DNA of 64,000 nt, from the IMG/VR virus record IMGVR_UViG_3300025534_000009; one strand, written 5' to 3'. Under the pieces are notes generated by a model. That model did not search any database and was not told the origin of the DNA. It saw nothing but the letters and a program-made list of their open reading frames with translations. The translations under genes were made by a program, and so were the position numbers. The DNA comes from an uncultured virus (IMG/VR IMGVR_UViG_3300025534_000009) (taxonomy: Duplodnaviria; Heunggongvirae; Uroviricota; Caudoviricetes). Below, piece after piece: positions 1-9,262 of the stretch (position 1 is the first letter of the stretch; every line of letters starts with the position of its first letter).

Positions 1-84
1 CCCCTTGGCGCCGCGCCGCGGCAGCGAGGCGCGAAAGACCTCCAGCACCACCGCCCAATCCGCTTCCGTCATCTTCGTGGACAT
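1..84 (-). CDS. IS5-family transposase, N-terminal part (partial)
   Basis: Own translation MSTKMTEADWAVVLEVFRASLPRRGAKG fits the IS5/DUF4096-type 'xTDxxW...LP..R.G' start; RBS GGAGG upstream. Confidence 0.75.
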   Translation of the reverse strand, partial: MSTKMTEADWAVVLEVFRASLPRRGAKG

Positions 85-180
85 GCCGACCTCCAGAATC
101 AGTCGGCAATCCATGAATCACACTGGATTCCTTCGCGGAATCCTCAGGCCAATACCTGAGTCAATTCGTCCACACGGCCT
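1..180 (-). mobile_element. Left end of an IS5-family (IS427-like group) insertion sequence; continues beyond the window start
   Basis: Minus strand begins AGGCCGTGTGGACGAATTG next to CTAG (179-182), followed by a GGAGG RBS and a transposase-like N-terminus. Confidence 0.75.
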
Positions 181-1671
181 AGTGCAGTCTTTAGCCTCGG
201 CGGTAAATCTCCGCCGAGGCAGAAGCACCTTTTCATCGTGAATTTCCGTAGGGCAGGGGGTGGCGCAGGCTCGCTCTGGCAGAAGGACCTGCCTTTTCTG
301 GTTCGACATGTCGATCGTCCTAATGTTGATGTCAGAATTGAAGAGCTTCACCAGTACAACAAGAAGCGTCTCGTCCAAACAGGCTTCAAAATAACTCCTG
401 TCCGCATCGAGTTTTATGATACCGCTGACTCCATGGCGAAGCGGATGTGGGCGGAATACGCGAGGTTTCATTTTGGTGATTTCCGCCACGCAGAGAACCT
501 CTCCGATTTCAAGTACGATGTCATGACCGACGAGTTCATGGACAGCGGAGGAGGCTTCGGCTACGCGCCTATCACGTCGTCTGGAGTCGGAGCGACAGAG
601 AACGAATTCAACAGTCACTTCTTTTTTGAAACTATCCAGATTTATGAGGTATTCGGAAACCAATACGTCCAGACTGATCTGATAAACCCACGTATCATGA
701 GCTTCGTGTCGAGTGACCTCGATTATTCATCGGCCGAAGTGTCAACAGTCGGCGTGACCCTCGCGTGCGAAGCTATCATCTACGCCAATGACTCCATCCC
801 GCAGCCATTGATGGCGAACGAATTCCTCCTCTCAGCCTTCCAGGATGTCACCAAGTTCAACGGCGATGTTATCGATGTCACCAGCGGTGCCGTCGTAGCG
901 AACATCAGCAACGGAACTGGCACGGAAATGGCCGTGGCCCAAACCGTGCAGTGGACCAACCCTCAGGTCACCACTCCCGAACTGCGTACCTACAGCTCCA
1001 GTTCCTCCTCCTCGGGAGCGCTGGCTTCCTACGGCTCCTACAATTTTGGTTCGCTCGTATCCGGCTCGCACGCCAGCCAGAGCACCGCGAGCGACCTTTC
1101 TCTCGCCGCACTGAGCAATCCAGCGCTAGCGTCCGCACTCCGGCTGTCCAGAACGAGGCAGGCGGCCGCCGAGGCCACCTCTACGGTTCTCTCTGGCTCC
1201 CCCAGCACGCCGTCAGCGATATCTCAAGGCACATACGACATTGCCCGCTCGGCGGTCTCGTCCATCGGCTCGAACTACGGCCGGATCGACAGTCAGTACA
1301 TGCGGGATGCAGTCGTCTTCGGCGTCATTTCGGCGGCGGAGGCGACTTCATCCAGCCCGAGGGAGCACGTCTTCAATCGCCCCCCCGGCGACGCTGGATC
1401 GCCCCCTGCCGTGCAGACGCGCCAGCCAGCAAGGTTCCGGGTCAAGCACCCTGAAGGAACGGCTCCGCTCGTCGCTGACGGCGGCTCCGACAGGGTCCAG
1501 AACGCCTGGTCTTCAACCGACGGTCAGGGCATCACCCTGACCAGGGAAACGTATGGAATCCTGAACGCTCAGAGAAGTCCCGCGAGCCAGATCGGCGTCA
1601 ACGAAAACGTCAAGGGTACCAAAACGATATCGCTGAAGCCTAAATATCCGGGTAAACCGAAAAACAGCTGA
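181..1671 (+). CDS. Tail-tube-fold baseplate/tail initiator-like virion protein; 5' end apparently cut by the IS
   Basis: Frame is open upstream of GTG238 (SAVFSLGGKSPPRQKHLFIVNF) back to the IS junction; VDRP, YNKKR, FYD and SDLDYSS motifs resemble gp19/gp48/gp54-like proteins. Confidence 0.6.
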   Translation, partial: SAVFSLGGKSPPRQKHLFIVNFRRAGGGAGSLWQKDLPFLVRHVDRPNVDVRIEELHQYNKKRLVQTGFKITPVRIEFYDTADSMAKRMWAEYARFHFGDFRHAENLSDFKYDVMTDEFMDSGGGFGYAPITSSGVGATENEFNSHFFFETIQIYEVFGNQYVQTDLINPRIMSFVSSDLDYSSAEVSTVGVTLACEAIIYANDSIPQPLMANEFLLSAFQDVTKFNGDVIDVTSGAVVANISNGTGTEMAVAQTVQWTNPQVTTPELRTYSSSSSSSGALASYGSYNFGSLVSGSHASQSTASDLSLAALSNPALASALRLSRTRQAAAEATSTVLSGSPSTPSAISQGTYDIARSAVSSIGSNYGRIDSQYMRDAVVFGVISAAEATSSSPREHVFNRPPGDAGSPPAVQTRQPARFRVKHPEGTAPLVADGGSDRVQNAWSSTDGQGITLTRETYGILNAQRSPASQIGVNENVKGTKTISLKPKYPGKPKNS

Positions 1672-1672
1672 T

Positions 1673-2137
1673 ATGGCCAAGACCGCGAAGGACGTTTTTA
1701 CGCCGAAAAACCCGCAGAAATACATCGGCCGTAACCTCAACAACATCATCTTTCGCAGCTCGTGGGAGCTGGCCGCAATGCGTCTTTTCGACCGCCACCC
1801 GAACGTCCTCGGATGGAGTTCAGAGTGCGTCGATATCCCGTATATCAACCCTCTGACCAATCGCTCGACGATCTACAAACCCGACTTTCTCGTCATCTAC
1901 ATCGACAAAACCGGCAAGCAGCACATCGAAGTCATCGAGATAAAGCCGCTCAAGGAAATCCCCGGCTATCAGGAAATATCGGAAAGAACAGGTAAGCCCA
2001 AGAGACTGTCAGAGCAGACCCGCCTCACTCAGGTCATCAACGCCGCAAAATGGAAGGCGGCCGTAGCTTTCTGCGCCAAGAGAGGGTGGAAGTTCCGCGT
2101 CGCTACGGAAAAGACCCTATTCAATATGGGTAAATAG
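1673..2137 (+). CDS. Head completion nuclease (T4 gp4-like, TnsA-type PD-(D/E)xK)
   Basis: F.PKNPQKY.G, RSSWE, WSSE, Y.PDF, EIKP, N.AKW.AA motifs. Confidence 0.9.
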   Translation: MAKTAKDVFTPKNPQKYIGRNLNNIIFRSSWELAAMRLFDRHPNVLGWSSECVDIPYINPLTNRSTIYKPDFLVIYIDKTGKQHIEVIEIKPLKEIPGYQEISERTGKPKRLSEQTRLTQVINAAKWKAAVAFCAKRGWKFRVATEKTLFNMGK

Positions 2138-2141
2138 TTGC

Positions 2142-2618
2142 ATGACAAAGTTTCTGGAAGATGCACTTGGTTTGCCTCACCTCGACGAGATGATGACGAA
2201 TGACGAGGAAAATGCGGAGGAAATCACTCCCGAGACGAAAGCAATCGCTCTTCGAAACGATCTGCCGTATTCTGCCGAACTGGTGGAGGGGGCCGATCAC
2301 GCTCGGAAAATGGACATGCTGTTCGACGAGACGATCAGGCACGCCCAGTCCATCATGGACCTCGGTTTCAACATGGACCCGGCTCGCGCCCCGCGCATGT
2401 TCGAGGTAGCTGCAAGCGTCTACAAGGTCGCGCTCGATGCCGCCAATGCGAAGCGAGAGGCCCAACTGAAGGCAATCAAGCTCATGCAAAACCAGATGAA
2501 AATTGATATGGCGCGGACGACCACTCCATCCGCGACATCAGACGAAGTCATCGATGCGTCAGCCGTTATCGTCGAGAACCGCAACGAACTTCTAAAGCGG
2601 CTGAAGAGCGACGACTAA
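2142..2618 (+). CDS. Putative terminase small subunit (gp16-like)
   Basis: Helical 158-aa protein with a PRMFEVA motif resembling gp16 PRAYEV; lies after gp4 and upstream of TerL. Confidence 0.5.
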   Translation: MTKFLEDALGLPHLDEMMTNDEENAEEITPETKAIALRNDLPYSAELVEGADHARKMDMLFDETIRHAQSIMDLGFNMDPARAPRMFEVAASVYKVALDAANAKREAQLKAIKLMQNQMKIDMARTTTPSATSDEVIDASAVIVENRNELLKRLKSDD

Positions 2619-2971
2619 ACAATCTCTTGTTCGAATTTCTCCGCAATCCAGTAGGCCGAAAGTGTTTCCGCCTTGATGAATCCGGTGAGCTGGCCGGTCA
2701 TTCCACCGTCCAGAAGGACCCGCTCCGTTGTCACGTCCTGGAAGACTCCTATGTCCATGAACGCACTTAGGAGTTGAACAGTTTCCCAAAACTTGTCCCT
2801 GGCGGTGGTCAGCTCCAGCTTCACTCGCCATCCCTTGAGATTCTCGCCGTCCTGCTTGCCGACAATGGTGAAGATTGGAGGTGAGTCAATGGACAGAAGA
2901 AGTTGTTCAAGAAATTCATCAATTGACGAGGACTTGTCGTATACTTCAATCCAATAATTTGACGAAATCAT
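2615..2971 (-). CDS. Hypothetical protein
   Basis: 118-aa ORF directly downstream of 2972-3235. Confidence 0.5.
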   Translation of the reverse strand: MISSNYWIEVYDKSSSIDEFLEQLLLSIDSPPIFTIVGKQDGENLKGWRVKLELTTARDKFWETVQLLSAFMDIGVFQDVTTERVLLDGGMTGQLTGFIKAETLSAYWIAEKFEQEIV

Positions 2972-3235
2972 TCAATACCTCGGCGGCAACCCCAAGCGAC
3001 AAAGTCTCCGATTGTAGCTGCTCGACATAGATCCACACTGCTCGCGTCGCCCCGTCACCTGAACGTTGCAGTAAATTCTCACGTCACGTTCCCGGATGCT
3101 GGTGCAGTACGCCGCGTTGTTCCTCGTTGTAGCAAGACACAAGTAGCGGTCATTCCCGCTCACGGAAAAGCAGTTCGGGTTCGCGAGCGCAGGACCAGAA
3201 ACGATCAACGCTATAAGCAAACCGACCAGACGCAT
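2972..3235 (-). CDS. Small secreted Cys-rich protein
   Basis: GGAGG RBS, signal peptide MRLVGLLIALIVSGPALA, three C-x9-C repeats. Confidence 0.7.
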   Translation of the reverse strand: MRLVGLLIALIVSGPALANPNCFSVSGNDRYLCLATTRNNAAYCTSIRERDVRIYCNVQVTGRREQCGSMSSSYNRRLCRLGLPPRY

Positions 3236-3320
3236 TACTAACCTCCAGCACGAGAGAAATATAAAGCCAGGAGTCACAACGTCAAGCAATAAATACGATA
3301 TAATCCGTCGAAGGTCCGTT

Positions 3321-4073
3321 ATGAGAATCCAGAAATATCTCGCCGAAGTCGAAAAGAGCTATCACTACCGCATCAAGACCATCGTGCCGCTCGACGACGA
3401 CAAGATGGGTCGCATCGAGCACGCGATCCTCAAATACAACCCACTCTCCCTCTCGCAGCCGAAGAAGACCATCATCCAGAAGAACCCGCTGGATTTCCCG
3501 TCCATCGTCGCATCCGAGGTTTACATCGTCGATGTTGAACTCGGCCTGCCCGCGTCCGCCTACGTCATGCAGCAGGAACTGCGCATGGCCCTCGGTATCC
3601 CGGAGGACTTCATCGTTGTCGTCGCTCCCAATGACCCCATCGAGAACCAGACCATCGCGGCGAACGCCAAGCGGGAGATGGACAAGGAAGCTCGGAACGA
3701 AGGCGCTTCCCGCGCTGCCCTCATGGCCGATCCCCATTACTCCGAAGCCCCGGAGATTGATCCCCACAAGTATTTTGGTGACGAGTTCAACCGGCGCCTC
3801 CTTGGCTACCTGAAGCGTGTCGAGGAGGAAAGGAAGGAGGCCATGAAGATCGATGCGCCCCATCCTCTCATCCGCTGGAAGGACATGCCCAAGTCGGACG
3901 TTCCTGCCGATCCAGGTCCCACCATCGGAACATCCGACGGTGAAATGGCTGAAACAGCGCCACAGGGCAACTTCGATGATGACAAGAAAACCTACCGCCG
4001 CCTCTACCAGAGAAACGGAAACGTCTACGTCAAGGCGCGCAGTGCGGACAGCATTCGGAAGGTCAAAAAATGA
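3321..4073 (+). CDS. Conserved jumbo-phage virion protein
   Basis: TAAATA upstream; N-terminus MRIQKYLAE; good codon bias. Confidence 0.7.
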   Translation: MRIQKYLAEVEKSYHYRIKTIVPLDDDKMGRIEHAILKYNPLSLSQPKKTIIQKNPLDFPSIVASEVYIVDVELGLPASAYVMQQELRMALGIPEDFIVVVAPNDPIENQTIAANAKREMDKEARNEGASRAALMADPHYSEAPEIDPHKYFGDEFNRRLLGYLKRVEEERKEAMKIDAPHPLIRWKDMPKSDVPADPGPTIGTSDGEMAETAPQGNFDDDKKTYRRLYQRNGNVYVKARSADSIRKVKK

Positions 4074-5356
4074 GAAGAATTCTCACGGAACAGGGCGACT
4101 ACGACTATCGGAAAAAGCATCCCCAGCAGAAATGCGTGAGCATCGCTCCGCACAACTTCCGCTCGGATAGCGCACCAGCCATCCGAAACACCGGAAACTA
4201 CGCGGACAATCCTATTATCGACCCCCGCCGCATCAATGAGTCCCTCGACATCGTCGATGAAATCCGAGCCTTCCTGCACAAGGAAGGCATCAGCGACGAT
4301 GCGTTCCTCAGCGGCGCCAGGCTCACCAGACGGGGATACCGGAAGATGGCGCGCGAGCTCGGCATTTCTGAAAGCGAGATCGAGCTTCTTTTGCGCTCTC
4401 TTGCGACCCGTATTGAGGACGAGCGCAAACACGAAGAACTCATGCTTGAGGAGTACCGGAAAGCCATGGAGGATCGCTTCTCGTACGAGGCTGATCACCT
4501 TGGAAACATGATAGTCCGGGACAACAAGACCAGCGATGAGGTCCGCCTCGTTGGAACGCCCGCCGTGGCCCTCGCCAACCGCCTGCGCGCCGGAAAGGAC
4601 CACCAGAGAATCCTTGCAGGTGTCATGGCAAAGATCACCGAGGGGGACGACGACGATCACTCAGCAGCCCTCGAAAAGACGGGCTTCTGGGGGCGCAGAG
4701 GGGCTGGCGCCATCGTCCTTGCACAGGACACCGGCCGCATCCTCCTTGCCCACCGTTCGGCCTTCGTCGAGCAGCCTTTCACATGGGGAGGATGGGGCGG
4801 AGCAATTGATCCCAACGAAGACCCCAAGGAAGCCGCTCTCCGCGAGGTGCGCGAGGAAACCGGATATACCGGGGAGATCGTCAAGACCATCCCTCTCTAC
4901 GTGTTCAAGAAGGGCAGCTTCCGATACTTCAACTTCCTCATCGTCGTGCCCAGAGAATTCAAGCCGCGCCTGAATTGGGAAAGCCACGACGCAGGCTGGT
5001 TCGAGTTCCGGAAGTGGCCGACGCCCCTGCATTTCGGCCTCACCGCGCTCTTTAACGATGCAAAATCCGTCAAGCTTATCAGCAAGGAGATCGCCGGGAT
5101 CGAGGAGCGTGGCACGATCACCGAGGACGAGGACAGCTTCGATGAAGAGATCGCCAGTTCGACCGGCACCTACAACTTCCCCTGGAGGCACAACGGAATG
5201 AGAGGCTTCGCAACGGCTCGATATAGGGGCAGGGGACCCGAAATGAAGATTGACGTGATCTCCATCCGAGACGAGGAAGGCGAGCCCGTGGACGCCTCTC
5301 CGGCCCTCATGAAGGCCATCAAAATTCAAGCCGTCGAGTTCATCGGCGACGAATGA
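4070..5356 (+). CDS. Multidomain virion-type protein with a central Nudix hydrolase domain
   Basis: Nudix box GGAIDPNEDPKEAALREVREETG; N-terminus MRRILTE. Confidence 0.85.
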   Translation: MRRILTEQGDYDYRKKHPQQKCVSIAPHNFRSDSAPAIRNTGNYADNPIIDPRRINESLDIVDEIRAFLHKEGISDDAFLSGARLTRRGYRKMARELGISESEIELLLRSLATRIEDERKHEELMLEEYRKAMEDRFSYEADHLGNMIVRDNKTSDEVRLVGTPAVALANRLRAGKDHQRILAGVMAKITEGDDDDHSAALEKTGFWGRRGAGAIVLAQDTGRILLAHRSAFVEQPFTWGGWGGAIDPNEDPKEAALREVREETGYTGEIVKTIPLYVFKKGSFRYFNFLIVVPREFKPRLNWESHDAGWFEFRKWPTPLHFGLTALFNDAKSVKLISKEIAGIEERGTITEDEDSFDEEIASSTGTYNFPWRHNGMRGFATARYRGRGPEMKIDVISIRDEEGEPVDASPALMKAIKIQAVEFIGDE

Positions 5357-5367
5357 AAAATAGCCTT

Positions 5368-5592
5368 TCACACAGGGGCTATTTCATTTCCGAAGGTCAT
5401 CTGAAAGGCGACGTAGTCTTCGAGGTTGGTGAAGAGCAACCGAAGCGCCAGGCCCATATCCGGCCCAGGAACGTAGGACATCAACATCTCTCCGTTGCCG
5501 CCACCGTGCGGATGCATGTGAAACCACTCGATGTATCGCAGGAGAGACGTGTCAACCGGGATGATGACCTCGTAACCTTCAGTATTACTCAT
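5368..5592 (-). CDS. Small phage protein of the 'F.D...A..F.M.F/W' family
   Basis: C-terminus LLFTNLEDYVAFQMTFG. Confidence 0.55.
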   Translation of the reverse strand: MSNTEGYEVIIPVDTSLLRYIEWFHMHPHGGGNGEMLMSYVPGPDMGLALRLLFTNLEDYVAFQMTFGNEIAPV

Positions 5593-5628
5593 CGAAAACT
5601 CCACTGGATGACCTAATCTTGGCCGAAG

Positions 5629-5940
5629 TTAGGTCATCTGCAACACGAGCGCAACCTTCGTCGGACACCCGAAACCGTCACATTCCCTGACCGTGTGCCA
5701 CATCTCCTCCAGCTCCTCCGAAGTCGTCATTGTCGTGATGCCGGGGAGCGGTCGTTTGTGCAGATAGAGGTCGATGTAGCGCTCAATGTCCACGACCGAC
5801 ACCGTCTTGTAGGGTGTGAACTTCATGAAATGCTCCTCTCCATCCTCTCCGACCAGGATGTGGTTCCGCTTCCGGCAATCTTCGTCGGCAATCACCTCGC
5901 ACCGATAAGTGTAGCCCTTATACTTCAACAACGAACTCCA
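5629..5940 (-). CDS. Hypothetical protein (start uncertain)
   Basis: ORF with coding-like composition in its 3' part. Confidence 0.45.
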   Translation of the reverse strand, partial: WSSLLKYKGYTYRCEVIADEDCRKRNHILVGEDGEEHFMKFTPYKTVSVVDIERYIDLYLHKRPLPGITTMTTSEELEEMWHTVRECDGFGCPTKVALVLQMT

Positions 5941-6019
5941 TAAAAAACATGCGCGCAATATACCAAACGACATGAAATGTGGTCCATAAATAAAAACGCG
6001 CAAAAGTAAGGGTGTTGAA

Positions 6020-6391
6020 GTGTCCAAACCAGGCGACGTTACAAAGAAGCCCAACGTGAAGTCTGGGTACAGGCAGGAGGATATCGAAGACCTCTACCTG
6101 TGCTCAAAAGACCCGATGTATTTCATCAAGAATTTCGTTTACGTTCAGCATCCCACACAGGGGAAGCTTCCGTTCGTGCCGTATCCATTCCAGGAAGAGA
6201 TGATACAGGCCTTCCACGAGAACCGTTTTACAGTTGCTCTGACATCGAGACAGATGGGCAAGTCGGTTACCGCGAAAACGCTTATTTCACGGAATGGAGA
6301 AAAGGTAGAAATTGGTTCGCTTGTTGGTCTCTCTGTAAAAGAACGGATTGTTGATACGATTGAACGCTGGATTTTGCGTCTAAAAGCTTGA
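6020..6391 (+). CDS. terL: Terminase large subunit fragment 1: 81-aa N-extein plus 42-aa IntN1 (6263-6388)
   Basis: gp17-like C.KDP.YF.KN...HP..G...F..YPFQ and Walker A SRQMGK, then intein block-A-like SVTAKTLI. Confidence 0.9.
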   Translation: MSKPGDVTKKPNVKSGYRQEDIEDLYLCSKDPMYFIKNFVYVQHPTQGKLPFVPYPFQEEMIQAFHENRFTVALTSRQMGKSVTAKTLISRNGEKVEIGSLVGLSVKERIVDTIERWILRLKA

Positions 6392-6557
6392 TTGCAATGT
6401 TCTCTATGCGTCGATTAGACCCCGCACGCCGATACGTCAAGGGGTAGACCTTGGTCGGAAGCGTGAAACCGGTGACAGTTTGTTGTCACACAGCTCAAGT
6501 GCTGAGCGGTAGACGCTGAGGTTCGTTGTCCGGGTTGGCTGCCTAGTGTAGCGTTTC

Positions 6558-7106
6558 ATGAACGAGTTCAAAAAGGCGTGGAGGAGGCATGCGGGCACCA
6601 AGGATGAGAATGGGAGTAAGAAGGAGCCGACGGCTGTTTATCTGTTCCTTGACGTTTCCATTCCCAAAAAGGGGGGTCGCCGCACTTCAAAGCTAATCCC
6701 GCTGCCGAAGAATCTGGAGAAGTACGACTCCGAGTATCATTTTTTCTACGAAAGAATGCTTAAATTTCAGAAATCGGGCAAGGAACACTATAAGTATTGG
6801 TTCATGATGCCCAACGTCTTGCGTCGAGTGCTTGAAGTCTTTTTGGGGTTCAAGGTGCCTAGTCCGAGTAGTGTGATAACGAAACTAGAGAACCTTGCCC
6901 CAGAATTCAATTTGGACAAGGTGCAGTTGAAAGCTTTGGATCGTTTGCTCCAACTGGAGTCGCATTCAGATAACCTGGAAAAGGTTCTTATTCCATCACC
7001 ATTGACGTTTGAAGAGGCACGAGATGCGAATGCGTCCGTGCTCTATTTAATCGAGAAGGTCGATGAACGGCATGGAAAAGCGATGCGGAAACTATGCAGC
7101 AGTTAG
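6558..7106 (+). pseudogene. C-terminal fragment of an AAA_13/RloC-like ABC-ATPase protein
   Basis: FMNEFKKAW, YDSEYHFF, PNVLRRVLE.FL.FK.P and ESH motifs; in-frame TAG just upstream and no Walker A. Confidence 0.55.
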
Positions 7107-8161
7107 TTGATCAGCGATCCCTGTTCGTTCATCGATCTGATCCGTTCGGGCTCCAGAATGTCTCGCAGATGCTGACCGAGAAGGGCGCGTCCCTTCTCGA
7201 ACCGCTTCTTCCAGCCCGTCCCGCGCGCCAGCAGCTCCTCAAGGCCGTCAGCCAGACCCCAGGGATCGACCTTCAGCAGCACGGAGATGAGCTCCTCGGC
7301 CTGCATCCGGTCCTTCTGAGCCTTCGCCATGCTCTCGGCCGTGCTGGCTCGTGATACGCTCACGATGATCTTGTGGAGCGCGTAACGGATGGGCGAGGGG
7401 ACGTTGATGAGGATGCCTGGCCCCCAGAGCGCGACCGCCTGTTTCTCCTCGTAGATCAGATAGTCAAGGAAGCGTAGCGGAATGCCCTCCGTCTGGATCG
7501 CCGGGAGCGGGATCGGGTCACCCGTATCCGGGCCGCGATTGGGAACCAGGAACTCGACCCGGTACGGACCGAGGGCATATCGCGTCGCGCCGCCAGAGAG
7601 ATCGGGAATGGCCTCGAAGTGCTCGTCCACGCCCTTCAGAACGTCCAGGATCGGCACGTCGATCTGGTCCTCGACTGCAACCGAGATCGAGTTGAACTGG
7701 GCTATGTCGAGATCACCAGTTCGGACGGCGGCAGACCCCAGACGGTAGCCGAGCAGTCCCGAATAGCACTGGTAAGCGACCGTGCCGACCACCACTGCCC
7801 GCATCCTGAAAACACCAGCCTGGGAGAGGGCGTTCAGAATTCGTCCTGTCATGTTGTCGGGGCCGGGGACACCTGCACCCAGCAATGAGCGAACGATGGT
7901 GCGCCGTTGCCGCAGATCGTCCTCATGGCGCCGATGGCGCTCGATGTATGAGCGCATCTTCTCCGAGTCCGGCCCCACATACTTCTTGAAGCGTTTCCCA
8001 TCGACCTGCGGGCTCTGGTAGTACCAGTAGTCGCGATCCTTGATCCGCGTCTTGAAGAAGTTGCCTCCCTCGGGGAAGTCGCTCTTGAACTGGCTGAGCG
8101 AGGCAAGCTCGACCAGCTCCTGATAGGAGGTCTGGATCGTCAGAGGCAGCTTGGTCGCCAT
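7103..8161 (-). CDS. Nucleotidyltransferase-fold protein (GSU2403-like)
   Basis: YWYYQ...YVGPD N-terminus, VVGTVAY, RTGDLDIA, VP.P.RYALHK, K..KD..QA. Confidence 0.85.
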   Translation of the reverse strand: MATKLPLTIQTSYQELVELASLSQFKSDFPEGGNFFKTRIKDRDYWYYQSPQVDGKRFKKYVGPDSEKMRSYIERHRRHEDDLRQRRTIVRSLLGAGVPGPDNMTGRILNALSQAGVFRMRAVVVGTVAYQCYSGLLGYRLGSAAVRTGDLDIAQFNSISVAVEDQIDVPILDVLKGVDEHFEAIPDLSGGATRYALGPYRVEFLVPNRGPDTGDPIPLPAIQTEGIPLRFLDYLIYEEKQAVALWGPGILINVPSPIRYALHKIIVSVSRASTAESMAKAQKDRMQAEELISVLLKVDPWGLADGLEELLARGTGWKKRFEKGRALLGQHLRDILEPERIRSMNEQGSLIN

Positions 8162-8162
8162 C

Positions 8163-8292
8163 GGTAGTCACTCCTACGGAGTGACTACCAGTTGGAGCCA
8201 CTCCTTATGTCTGACCATAAGCGAAATGGCTGTTATGGTCAAATCCAGAATCTGACCCTAACGTTAGGGGCACCTTCAGAATCTGACCATAA
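8163..8292. promoter_or_regulatory. Perfect 12-bp hairpin over the NTase RBS plus four TCTGACC(A/C)TAA-like repeats (putative operator)
   Basis: GGTAGTCACTCC-TAC-GGAGTGACTACC at 8163-8189; repeats at 8210, 8233 (inverted), 8251 and 8282. Confidence 0.55.
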
Positions 8293-8369
8293 CTCCGGTC
8301 CGATCCATGTTCGTCACTGTCATGTGCAGGAGGGCTTCTCCCGCATCCATGTGCTACTAAATATGGCAC

Positions 8370-9191
8370 ATGATAAAACAAATTATTTCGCACGTATTAA
8401 AAGGACTGCTCTGGCTAATTGATCGAGACCATCGGGTCTCACACGAGATTGGCATGGACGATGTGAAGAAGTTTACTCACATCGTCGAAGCGGATTTCTC
8501 AAGTGACTTCGGAAGGGTCACTCGCGTCTTTAGGACGGTGCCCTATGCCGTCTGGGAACTGAAAACGGGGACGAAGACGCTTCTGGCCGCCGACAAGCAC
8601 CGTGTCGTCCGCGAGGACTTTTCCTGCGCCTGGATCGAGGACCTGAGACCCGGTGACCGCATCATCACCGACACCGGCCCGGAAGAGGTTGTGTCAGTCC
8701 GCGACCTCGGCGTCCGGACACACATGTATTGTGTCGAGGTCAACACGGAAAATCCTGAGAGCCGCTTCAACCACCTATATTACACAGACGGTATTCTTTC
8801 ACACAACACGACGTGCGCAGCCGCATACCTGCTCTGGCGGGCAATGTTCGTGGAAGACACGACGATCCTGATCACCGCCAACACCTTCGCCCAGGCGCTC
8901 GAAGTCATGGATCGTATCCGCTTCGCCTATGAGAATGTCCCGGATCATATCAGGGCAGGCGTCCGTGAATACAACAAGGGCACCATCGCATTTGATAACG
9001 GCTCCAAGATCGTAGCCCGTGCCACCTCTGCCAACTCAGGTCGCGGCCTCTCGATCTCACTCCTCTACTGCCTCGGAGGAGAGACGACGGTCACCGTAAG
9101 GGACAAGCGGACCGGCGAGGTCAAGGACGTGTCCCTGCGCGACCTATACGAGGAGCTTGAGAATGACCCTGCAACCCGCCCTTTGGTGTAG
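8370..9191 (+). CDS. terL: Terminase large subunit fragment 2: IntC1 (146 aa) + 87-aa extein + IntN2 (40 aa)
   Basis: LLAADKH, DLRPGDRI, MYCVEV, YYTDGILSHN/T; then gp17 YNKG.I.FDNGSKI.A..TS..SGRG.SISLLY; then CLGGETTV. Confidence 0.92.
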   Translation: MIKQIISHVLKGLLWLIDRDHRVSHEIGMDDVKKFTHIVEADFSSDFGRVTRVFRTVPYAVWELKTGTKTLLAADKHRVVREDFSCAWIEDLRPGDRIITDTGPEEVVSVRDLGVRTHMYCVEVNTENPESRFNHLYYTDGILSHNTTCAAAYLLWRAMFVEDTTILITANTFAQALEVMDRIRFAYENVPDHIRAGVREYNKGTIAFDNGSKIVARATSANSGRGLSISLLYCLGGETTVTVRDKRTGEVKDVSLRDLYEELENDPATRPLV

Positions 9192-9262
9192 GTCCGCCCC
9201 GAATTGACGAGAGACCACCGACCAAATATTCATGTTCGGGGAGAGAAAAATAGGGGGGCGAC

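Noticed and set aside
6543..6563. CTAGTGTAGCGTTTCATGAAC as an IS630-like end
   Set aside because: No partner inverted repeat or transposase found nearby; at most a scar at the truncation of the AAA fragment.
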